Shown: piece by piece, positions 50,301 through 58,925 of the stretch
How positions within the stretch are numbered: position 1 is the first letter of the stretch
How the letters are laid out: each line of letters starts with the position of its first letter
From: Octopus vulgaris
Taxonomy: Eukaryota
Reading direction: 5' to 3'
NCBI GenBank assembly: GCA_951406725.2
Contig: OX597827.1
Coordinates: 21,452,001 to 21,516,000 of the forward strand
DNA: 64,000 bases
Notes under the pieces: generated by a model
Told to the model about the DNA's origin: nothing
The model's input: the letters and a program-made list of their open reading frames with translations, nothing else
Databases searched by the model: none
Position numbers and translations under genes: made by a program

Positions 50301-51381
50301 ACATACCACACAGCCACTCCAGCGCCTATTTAGAAAAAAAAATGGCACTGTCATGCTTTTAGTTGTCAGAAGTGAAAGTAGAAAAATCTGACGTCAGACG
50401 TCAACTTCGTGTATTTACGTCGTCAGGTTTATACCTTCATTAATTTACGCCGTTTATTTACGTACCACCACGCTGTTAGGTTTATAAAACAATTGCAGTT
50501 CAGTTTAAAGTTTATAAATAAATACATTTCATTCCATGTTCTGTTTAAACTTTATAAATAAATATATTCTTGCAGTGTGTGTATATGTGGCTATATGTCT
50601 GACTAATGTGTGTGTGTATAAGATGTGTCTATACATGTATATATATATATATATCTCTTCTCTATATATAAAACTGAAATGCGTTTTTACCACTTGGATC
50701 GCTTTCAATGCCACTACATCCCGTCCGATTCACTCCAAAATTTACAGGGACATGTAGAATGAGGTGACGATGCCCGTGGGCTACCTTAGAAATCCCTATC
50801 TTGAAAGATGTGGTTGCTAGGGGCCATCTTCCTCACTCACGCTATTTCTTCCTTTCCCTCTCTTACTCCCCTTCATATATAACTTTGAGATTTCCACTCC
50901 CGTTATTTAATGTATTCTCCTCAACTCCCTTTCACTTTCCCTTTATAAGTTCGTCAGACGGCTTTTCTTTGATGTATCTGTCTGCATTCATAGGGAGAAT
51001 TATCATCGCTACCAACAACACACAATCATGAGAACAAATATTATGAATCAGATATTCATTGCGTTCATTTATATAAGTGTGTGTGTGTGTTCGATATATA
51101 AATATGTATATATAATGTATATATACAAAGTGTATATATCTGTATTTATGTATATTAAACTTTTTAATACTTTTTGATAGTTATATATATTTTTAAACAA
51201 ATTATAAATATAATTTAATAATTTTTATTTTAAATTTAAATAATTTAAATTTTTCAATTTTATATATTTTCTATATTATATTTTTATTTTTATGTTTTTG
51301 TTTTTTTTTGCCTATTAGTGGTTTTATCTCTAATTTAATTTATACATATATATATATAATTTGTATATATAATGCGTGCAC

Positions 51382-51429
<48 letters not shown>

Positions 51430-52153
51430 GGCGGTTTGGTAATGAAAGGGTTAAAAGTGCTGGCAAGTTTGCATGACAACTATTTTTTTCCTCAAATGAA
51501 AGGCGTGACCTCTAGGACAAAATTCCTCATCTTATAAAATGTGGCCCCAGTAAACCCGAATGAAATCGGGTTATATTAACCAAAAGGTGAAAAGGGGTAT
51601 AAATGGGGCTGGAAGGGGATTAAAATTTAAAGGAGTGAGTGTTTAGGAATTCTCTGTTACATCAAGCTAAAAAATTTGCGCCAGCCTTTTAATCTTCAAT
51701 GTGTTGCCGTCCATGATGAAGAGGTTTTGAATGCTTGCCATGGTGAGTCTACTGTCGTGAGAAAGAATCACTTCAAAACTTGGTGTTTACGAATTTTCTT
51801 TTACATCAAGTTCAAAATTTTACGCCAGCCGTTAAACTGTCAATACGTTGCTGTCCGTCGTTAAGAAATACCAGTCATGGTGACTCTACTATCCTCAGAT
51901 TCTATCCCTTCAAACTTTGCTTTCCAATATTTTATTATTTTTATTCAGCTCGCAAGTTCGTCTGTCCCTTTAAAATGTTAGCGTTTTGCTGTCTGCCTTG
52001 AAGCAGACCTTTCCGTTGCCACTGGCACAGAAGCCAGTCAAGGCGGCGCTGCAATTGGCCACGTTCGGATGGTGCTTTTTACGTGCTGAAAGGAAGCAAC
52101 AGAAAGTAACAACCACACTCTTACCCGCGCGTAGAGCGGGTCACTTTCAACTA

Positions 52154-52187
<34 letters not shown>

Positions 52188-52255
52188 GTGTATACATATA
52201 TATATATACATGTGTATACATATATATATACATGTGTATATATACATGTGTATAC

Positions 52256-52286
<31 letters not shown>

Positions 52287-53212
52287 CATGTGTATATATA
52301 CACATGTATATATATATATGTGTATACACATGTATATATATATACATGTATAGACATCTTTAATTAAACTATTGACCGCCTTAAAACGGATTTCAACAGA
52401 CAAATATTACTATAATAGATAATATAAGCATATAACTACTTATACACACATACAATAAATACAGACACACACACACACATTAGTCAGACATATAGCCACA
52501 TATACACACACTGCAAGAATATATTTATTTATAAAGTTTAAACAGCATGACAGTGCCGATAAGGCGTAAGTTAACAAAGGTATAAACCTGACGTAAATAC
52601 ACGAAGTTGACGACTTTCACTTCTCACAGCTAAAAGCATGACAGTGCCAAAAAAATTGTTTTTTTAAAATTTTACAAAGATTTTTGGAAATATTTTCAGA
52701 ATCATAATTTCCGTATTTTTCCGCATATTTTGAAAAAATAAAATTGTGAAAAAAGTTTAAAATGAAAGAAATGAGAGGGGGGGGGGGGGTGATAATTTAT
52801 AAATGTTGACTTTTGCCAATTTTTTGGGGGCGGGGGATAAGTACTCGGCTTACAAAGAACGAATCCTGGGGTCGAATTGTTCGACTAAAGGCGGTGCTCC
52901 AGCGCAGTCACAAGACTGAAACAAGTAAAACAATAAAAAAAAACTATTCCATTTTAATTCCGGGTGAATATGCGAGGATGTTATTAAATGAAAGTGAAAA
53001 TACCTGATATTCAGATGTTCCCAATTTTTTTTCAGAGTGCGTGTGTCAATTGTAACAGAAAGGAATCGTGACGAAACATTCTGTAAAACAATGTCAGGAT
53101 AAACAAGTACCGCAATTGTGGCAGGCTGTGTAGAATTCGAATTAGGTATTTCATGATAGCCAAAAACTTGTAAATAAAGTGGAAACATTAAAAGACCGTA
53201 GAGGCGTGACAT
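25806..53212 (-). CDS. HPSE: Heparanase-like GH79 endo-beta-glucuronidase, complete, 497 aa; complement(join(25806..25962,26756..26902,28757..28872,30498..30612,34691..34891,38417..38464,41809..41989,44154..44327,45878..46023,53004..53212))
   Basis: Ten GT-AG exons total 1494 nt in one frame. Motifs [27 protein letters not shown] (acid/base), LVGPDV, TLHQYY, WLGETS (nucleophile), [25 protein letters not shown]-terminal [14 protein letters not shown]; hydrophobic N-terminal signal peptide. Confidence 0.95.
26756..26902 (-). CDS. HPSE: Heparanase-like exon 9 ([14 protein letters not shown]...[13 protein letters not shown])
   Basis: ccatag acceptor, gtaagt donor, 147 nt. Confidence 0.92.
28205..28645 (+). 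mobile_element. SINE family A copy
   Basis: ggcgcaggagcggctgtgtgg head to gaaacaagtaaaagag tail, internal deletion. Confidence 0.85.
28757..28872 (-). CDS. HPSE: Heparanase-like exon 8 ([13 protein letters not shown]...RVYTHCT)
   Basis: tttaag acceptor, gtaatc donor. Confidence 0.93.
29700..30282 (-). mobile_element. SINE family B, one head plus three tandem bodies
   Basis: Body repeated at ~29700, ~29890, ~30075. Confidence 0.8.
30498..30612 (-). CDS. HPSE: Heparanase-like exon 7 ([28 protein letters not shown]...DPNP)
   Basis: ttgtag acceptor, gtaagt donor, 115 nt. Confidence 0.94.
31301..32830 (+). mobile_element. Degenerate RTE-clade LINE (RT, C-terminus, start of 3' UTR)
   Basis: [51 protein letters not shown]; frameshifts and stops. 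Confidence 0.9.
32835..33935 (+). mobile_element. Degenerate mariner transposon with internal deletion, interrupted by a MITE
   Basis: HTH region [19 protein letters not shown]...[27 protein letters not shown]; right TIR ...ttttgataccac near 33905-33935. Confidence 0.88.
33147..33563. mobile_element. MULE/Mutator-type MITE
   Basis: 28-bp TIRs GGATCTTTTCWGTTTGAACRGCAGTTTT; perfect 9-bp TSD CGATGCACC (33138-33146, 33564-33572). Confidence 0.85.
34691..34891 (-). CDS. HPSE: Heparanase-like exon 6 (YYLDG...[13 protein letters not shown]...VAGF)
   Basis: ttccag acceptor, gtaagt donor; nucleophile Glu motif. Confidence 0.94.
35140..35532. repeat. Compound (GT)n/(GA)n microsatellite
   Basis: Seen directly; source of the THT/CVC ORFs. 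Confidence 0.95.
35745..35826 (-). ncRNA. Type I hammerhead ribozyme motif (Penelope-like pseudo-LTR)
   Basis: CUUUC-CUGAUGA-GAAGA...UCUUC-GAAA-CAUAUG-UU-GAAAG: intact core, 5-bp stems I and II, palindromic stem III ACAUAUGU. Confidence 0.8.
35956..36107. repeat. Perfect 68-bp inverted repeat (16-nt spacer) carrying a minimal hammerhead-like motif
   Basis: 35956-36023 is the exact reverse complement of 36040-36107. Confidence 0.92.
36660..37930 (-). mobile_element. Degenerate Penelope-like retroelement (RT remnants plus GIY-YIG endonuclease)
   Basis: [11 protein letters not shown]; [12 protein letters not shown]...[10 protein letters not shown]; CTC...CPL...IYEAEV...[17 protein letters not shown]; many stops and deletions. 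Confidence 0.8.
38417..38464 (-). CDS. HPSE: Heparanase-like exon 5, 48-nt small exon ([16 protein letters not shown])
   Basis: tgacag acceptor, gtatgt donor; DAVTxH motif; phases 2/2 fit both neighbours. Confidence 0.88.
40066..40891 (-). mobile_element. Non-autonomous Helitron, unit 1 of a tandem pair
   Basis: 5' TCTATGATATAAATTGG, 3' CTAG|T; terminal hairpin degraded. Confidence 0.7.
40892..41311 (-). mobile_element. Non-autonomous Helitron, unit 2 of a tandem pair
   Basis: A|TCTATAATATAAATTGG...CCGGGTGAAACCGG hairpin...CTAG. Confidence 0.8.
41809..41989 (-). CDS. HPSE: Heparanase-like exon 4 (EPDVY...LVGPDVT...FFK)
   Basis: ttccag acceptor, gtaggt donor; completes the NEP acid/base codon. 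Confidence 0.92.
44154..44327 (-). CDS. HPSE: Heparanase-like exon 3 (HQIDSLFKF...VVFGLN...LELGN)
   Basis: tttag acceptor, gtgagt donor, 174 nt. Confidence 0.93.
44793..45172 (+). mobile_element. SINE family C nested in a family A SINE
   Basis: tRNA-like head gaggcgcaatggcccagtggttagggc...ggtttcgattccc; host SINE continues on both sides; degenerate acagcag..tgagca duplication. Confidence 0.75.
45878..46023 (-). CDS. HPSE: Heparanase-like exon 2 ([20 protein letters not shown]...KPFNIT)
   Basis: ttctag acceptor, gtagga donor, 146 nt. Confidence 0.93.
46800..48480 (+). mobile_element. Degenerate CRE-clade non-LTR retrotransposon (RT plus restriction-like endonuclease)
   Basis: [44 protein letters not shown]...WDVTV...AEQNKILKY...FHPVAF. 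Confidence 0.85.
50344..52648. mobile_element. Long-TIR non-autonomous DNA transposon hosting a Helitron
   Basis: Termini GGCACTGTCATGCTTTTAG / CTAAAAGCATGACAGTGCC; 50344-50640 and 52340-52648 are imperfect inverted arms; superfamily unresolved. Confidence 0.75.
50654..52154 (+). mobile_element. Non-autonomous Helitron in a (TA)n tract
   Basis: A|TCTCTTCTCTATATATAAAA...ACCCGC-gcgtaga-GCGGGT hairpin...CTAG|T. Confidence 0.82.
53004..53212 (-). CDS. HPSE: Heparanase-like exon 1 ([18 protein letters not shown]...FLSVTID...LNI)
   Basis: ATG, signal peptide, FLSVTID motif, ag/gtattt donor in phase 2. Confidence 0.9.
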
Positions 53213-53480
53213 GTTTGTATAGGGAAGCGGTCCTGAAGCAAATTATGTCACTACGTAAGGGAATTCCAGTTCACTCGTAACGTAAATCTAATGGACTCTT
53301 TTACTTGTTTCAGTCATTTGACTGTGGCCATGCTGGAGCACCGCATTAAGTCGAGCAAATCGACCCCAGGACCTATTCTTTGTAAGCCTAGTACTTATTC
53401 TATCGGTCATTTTTGCCGAACCGCTAAGATAAACACATCAGCATAGGTTGTCAAGCGATGTTGGGGGAACAAACACAGAA

Positions 53481-53575
<95 letters not shown>

Positions 53576-53754
53576 ACGGACTTCTTTCAGTTTTCGTCTA
53601 CCAAATCCACTCACAAAGCTTTGGTTGGCCCGAGGCTATAGTAGAAGACACTTGCCCAAGGTGCCACGCAGTGGGACTGAACCCAGAACCATGTGGTTGG
53701 TTACCAAGTCAATTAATTTAAGTGAGCGATTTTGGAAAGTGGTTTGAGCGCCTT

Positions 53755-54690
53755 TAATGTCCTTCCAACACCTGTCTGTGTCCTTGCACAAGAGGCCATC
53801 TGGACTCCCATTTGCGCCGTGAACAGGGATTAATTTTCACTCTTCGCTCTTTTACGCCATTTGGCCTCAACTCTCCTCCCCGACTCCTACTTCTCTTCAC
53901 TCCTACATCTCTTTCTCTCTGCTCCCTCACTGTTTCTCTCCTCTCTCTCCCCTCCATCCTACTTCCTCCCACCCAACTCTCCTCTCTTGCCCCGACTCCT
54001 ACTTCTCTTTCCCTCTTATCTCCTACTCTCTTTCTCTCCCCTCTTACTCTTTCACCCTCTCTTTCTCTCTTCTCTTCTCCTCACATACCCACCTTCCCCT
54101 CCCCCATAAGCCCACCCACCCCTACATATTCCTAATCCCCCTTCCCTATCCTTCCCATTCCATCCCACATACCCTACCCTCTGCCTACCCACAAACCCCA
54201 ACCCTCAGCCGTACCCACACCCACCCGCGCTTTCCCCACTCTCGCCTCCCCCACCTCCTAACAACATCATACCACACCACACTACACCATACATTACACA
54301 TCACAACACACCACCCACACACCCATCCCCACATTTTCACACCTACACATACATACACGCACACATCCAGACCACCAGCCCTCTTTCACACGCACATACA
54401 TACTCTCTTATACACACACGCACCTTCGTGTTGGGGGGTCATCTTTACTTTGTTATCTCCCCTACTTTCCTTCTCGTGTGTGACCCTTCTGTCCGAGTCA
54501 GTCGCCATGATAGATCGTTACCCACTACACATATTTTTTTCTCTCTTTATTTTTTCTGTGTCCCTTTCTGTAGAAGAGCGTAGGCTCGAAACGTAAAAGA
54601 CTTTTTCTATTCCTGAGCATTATACTAATACATCTGTTTGTTTTGTACACCACCTGTCTTCGTCTTTTGTTTTTTTCGCAAACCCTCCCT
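53755..54690 (+). mobile_element. Penelope-like (Neptune-type) 3' end and pseudo-LTR
   Basis: GIY-YIG C-terminus RREQGLIFTLRSFTPFGLN, pyrimidine-rich tract, hammerhead-like motif at 54564-54599. Confidence 0.7.
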
Positions 54691-56547
54691 ATATATATAC
54701 ATATATATATATCATCATCATCATCATCGTTTAACGCCCGCTTTCCATGCTAGCATGGGTTGGACGATTTTGACTGAGGACTGGCGAACCAGATGGCTGC
54801 ACCAGGCTCCAATCATGATCTGGCAGAGTTTCTACAGGTGGATGCCCTTCCTAACGCCAACCACTCCAAGAGTGTAGTGAGTGCTTCTTACGTGCCACCG
54901 GCACGGGAGCCAATTAGCCGCTCTGGCAACGATCACGCTCGGATGGTGCTCTTGACACCCTACTAGCACTGGCACAAGTGCCAGTAAGGCCACGCTGGTA
55001 ATGATCACACTCGAATGGTGCCTTTTATGTGCAACTGGCACGGAAGCCGGTTAGCCGCTCTGTCGATGATCACACTCGTATGGTGCTCTTTGCACCCCAC
55101 TAGCATGGATGCCAGTCATCGAATTTGATTTTGATATATATGTGTATACATCTGCACAAATGTATATATATAGAGAGATGTATATGTATAGCTGTATATG
55201 ACATCATCATCATCATCGATTAACATCCGCTTTCCATATTAGCATGGGTTGGACGATTTCACTGAGGACTGACAAACCAGACTCCAATCTGATCTGGCAG
55301 AGTTTCTACAGCTGGATGCCCTTCCTAATGCCAACCACATGTATATGTGTAGATTATATATATATAGATATACATGTAATATGTACACATATATACATGC
55401 ATACATATATACACCCATACACACACATATACATAGGTGCAGGTGTGGCTGTATGGTAAGAAACTTGGTTCCAAAACACATGATCTTGGGTTCAGTCCCA
55501 CTGTGTGGTGACTTGGCATGTGTCTTCTGCTATAGCCTCAGACCAACCAAAGCCTTGTGAGTGAATTTCGTAGACAGAAACTGAAAAAAATCAATCGTGT
55601 ATACATGTAAATTTATGTGTGTGTCTTTGTGTTTCTCCCTCATCACTGCTTCACAACTGGTGTTCGTTTATTTACATCCCCATAATTGACTGGTTTGACA
55701 AGAAGAAACTGATAGAATAAGTACCGGGCTTATCAAAATTTTTAAAAAAAAGGCACTAGGCAGTGTCTCATATTTTTGTTTGCCCACTCAGTTGTATCTA
55801 TCAATCTATCTTTTTGTGTGTGTGCGTGTGTATATATATATATATATATTTTTCGTTTTTGGATTTGGTTTGCAAGAGATGAGTTTGTGTGTTAAAGCAT
55901 ATTCTGTTGTGTCTGGGGAGAGTCATTCTCTTTTAGTACCTTATTATTTAACACACTCACCAGTAAAATTTCCACTTCTTATTTTAATTTTCCTAAAATT
56001 TTCATTGCATCTTGCAACCTTTACAATAGTCTTGACTCTGTCCGTTATTTACATGGCATTCCTTTTTTGTTTGTTTGTGTGCATGTGTGTGTGTGTGCAT
56101 GCATGTATGTGTGTATGTATATGTGTGTGTGTGCATCTGTATGTATGTATCCTGCATATTCATGTGCTTGCATGTCCGTGTTTGTGTTTGTATATGTATG
56201 CACCTCTATCTCTTTGTGTGTGTTATGCAACTATGTACCATGTTTGTATGTATGGATGTGCATCTCTGTATGTATGGGTCCGTGTCTCCATATGTGTCCT
56301 TGTGTGGAGTAAAGTGTGTGTATATATGGTCATGTGTCAGTCTCCATTTGCGTATGTGTGCTTGTCTGTTCTTATAACCTATGTACCTATCCCTCTGTAT
56401 GTTGATCTGTTTATTTTCATATCCATATGCTTACATGCATAAAAAAAAACCCCTGCATACACACACACTTACATACATCTATCTACATAACAGTTCACTA
56501 ACTATTCTAATCTACCTGTGTAAACTGTGGGTATGGAGGTATGATAT

Positions 56548-57098
56548 CTAACATGTATATTTTCTATTTAGTATTGGGGAGGTTTCATTTATAAGGACAT
56601 ACTCCCATATTGGTCTGAGTGTTGGGTCTTTTGGGTGCTTGGATAAGATGCGGATGTTGAGTTGACCCAAGTTGCCTCTATGGTGGTCTTTGGCATGCTG
56701 GTAGAGTATGGAGGACTGTTTCTTGTCATCATATTGTTTCAGATGTTCATTTATTCGTTCCGCAATGCTCCTCGATGTCTCCCCTATGTACATCATGTTC
56801 ATTCCTTTACAAGATGTCTTCCCTATGTATGTCATGTTCATTCCTTTACAAGATGTCTTCCCTATGTATGTCATGTTCATTCCTTTACAAGATGTCTCCC
56901 CTATGTACATCATGTTCATTCCTTTACAAGATGTCTTCCCTATGTACATCATGTTCATTCCTTTACAAGATGTCTTCCCTATGTATGTCATGTTCATTCC
57001 TTTACAAGATGTCTTCCCTATGTACATCATGTTCATTTCTTTACAAGATGTCTCCCCTATGTATGTCATGTTCATTTCTTTACAAGAAATGAACATGA
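56548..57098 (-). mobile_element. GIY-YIG endonuclease remnant of a Penelope-like element
   Basis: YIGETSRSIAERINEH...SSILYQHAKDHH...DPTLR...E.VLI....P.LNRK. Confidence 0.8.
56776..57087. repeat. 39-bp minisatellite, 8 copies
   Basis: Unit gatgtctyccctatgtayrtcatgttcattyctttacaa. Confidence 0.95.
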
Positions 57099-57889
57099 AA
57101 AACAGAAAGTGTTCTGAGGAGTGAACAAGAAAATGTTCCATCATTTTGTTGCTAAAAGATTTTTGTTAGTGAACAAATATAAACCCAACATAGTTTGCAG
57201 TTGGTAACATCTTGTCAGTGTTGCAAAGTTTGGATTTAGTGCTTCATAGCAGCACAACGGTAAAAATGACAGTCTGGTAGCTATGGTGGTAGGATGTATA
57301 CCCTGGCAAGTCCAACCATGCTATTACTGGACTACCAACTCTACAGAAAGACTGTCTCACAGAACCAGGCCTACCTGAAAAAAGATAATTAGAGTACAAA
57401 GTGGTGGGAATGAGGTGATTGGGGAATACGGAAAGAACAAGTTCACAGAGTCAGCCATGTCACAAGGCACAGAACCAAGTGAATGCATACAGTTGAGTAT
57501 GATGTTGTGTAGAATCCAAGAGATCAAAGAAAACTACTCAGAAGACCTCCAAGAGGATGGGAAGTTAATAGAGTCAAACAATTTGGACCCAAATGAAAGA
57601 GAAGGATGTCATCAAGGAAAGAATGGAAGTGCTGTGTGACCAGTGATGCATAAAGGTGTCTGATAGGCTTATAAGAAATTCTGCTGTAAACATTTTTGCC
57701 AGGGGAAAATTTGCTGGAACAAAAAATGAATTACAAAAAAAAAAAAAGGATTAGTTGTTTTCTTAAAATAACAGCTTCATCAATTAACCTACCAATTAGA
57801 GAAAGGTAATTTGTTTAACCCTTTCGTTACTGCTTTTATTTTGAGATGCTCCAAGTTTCTTTCCATTAATTTTAAATATAACAAGGAAT

Positions 57890-58925
57890 TCAAGACAGAT
57901 TGCCCCTGGGAGCCCCTCTATGCTGACGACCTTTCTCTAATAGCTGAATCCCTATCAGAACTAGAAAAAAAGTTTCAGGTGTGGAAGTAAGGCCTAGAAT
58001 CGAAAGACCTTAGAGTCAATCTAACAAAAACCAAAGTCTTAGCAAGTAGGAAGGCAAACAAATTACAAATCCCTTCAAATAGATGGTCCTAGTTGATCTG
58101 TAGAAAAGGCGTTGGTAGAAACTCCATAAGATGTACCCGGTGTAAGTATGGACACATAAGAAGTGCAACAATATCAAAAGAAGGCTAACTGGGAAGATAG
58201 TTTTTGTGTGCGGAAAATGTACAGGGGCAAAACACTGAAAATGTGCAGAAAATAGATTCCATCACATGCCAGGGGGAAAAACTAGAAATAGCTGACAGCT
58301 TCTGTTACCTAGGTGACCAAGTCAGTAGCGGGGCTGGATGCTCTGAGAGCATAGCTGCGAGAATAAGAATAGCCTGGGCAAAGTTCAGAGTGCTCCTACC
58401 TCTGCTCCTAATAAACATTGGGCCTCACAGTGACCGAGACCTTTGTAGATATGCTGTGCTGGATAAGACCTGGCATGCCAAGTGAGACTGTAGTTGTGGA
58501 TTTTGGCAGTGTAGCATAACCGGCCCATTAGGCAATAAACTATGCTTGAGAAGACCTGTTAAGTCAAGTGAAATCATTGTCATGGCTGATGCCAGTACCA
58601 CACGAATGGCTCCCGTGCTAGTGACACGTAAAATGCACTTTACGAACATGGATGATGCCAGTGCCACCTGGCTGGCTCTCGTGCTGGTAGCATGTAAAAG
58701 GCACCATTTGAGCGTGGTCGTTACCAGTGCCACTTGACTGGCCCTCATGCCAGTAGCACGTAAAAAGATCCCACTACACTATCGGAGTGGTTGGCATTAG
58801 GAAGGGCATCAAGCTGTAGAAACCTCGCCAGATCAGATTGGAGCCTGGTGCAGCCTCCTGGCTTGCTAATACTCAGTCAAACCATCCAACCCTTACCAGC
58901 AAGGAAAGCGGGCGTTAAATGATGA
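57890..58925 (+). mobile_element. RTE-clade LINE fragment with internal deletion and intact 3' end
   Basis: PWEPLYADDL, FCYLGD, ARIRIAWAKF, DRDLCRYAV, 3' UTR, (GAT)n tail; same family as 31301-32830. Confidence 0.88.

Noticed and set aside
55780-56442. 220-aa Cys/Val-rich ORF and the similar YI, TH and CV ORFs near 18.3, 21.0, 35.1 and 52.1 kb
   Set aside because: Translations of (TA)n, (TG)n and (CA)n microsatellites that lack stop codons
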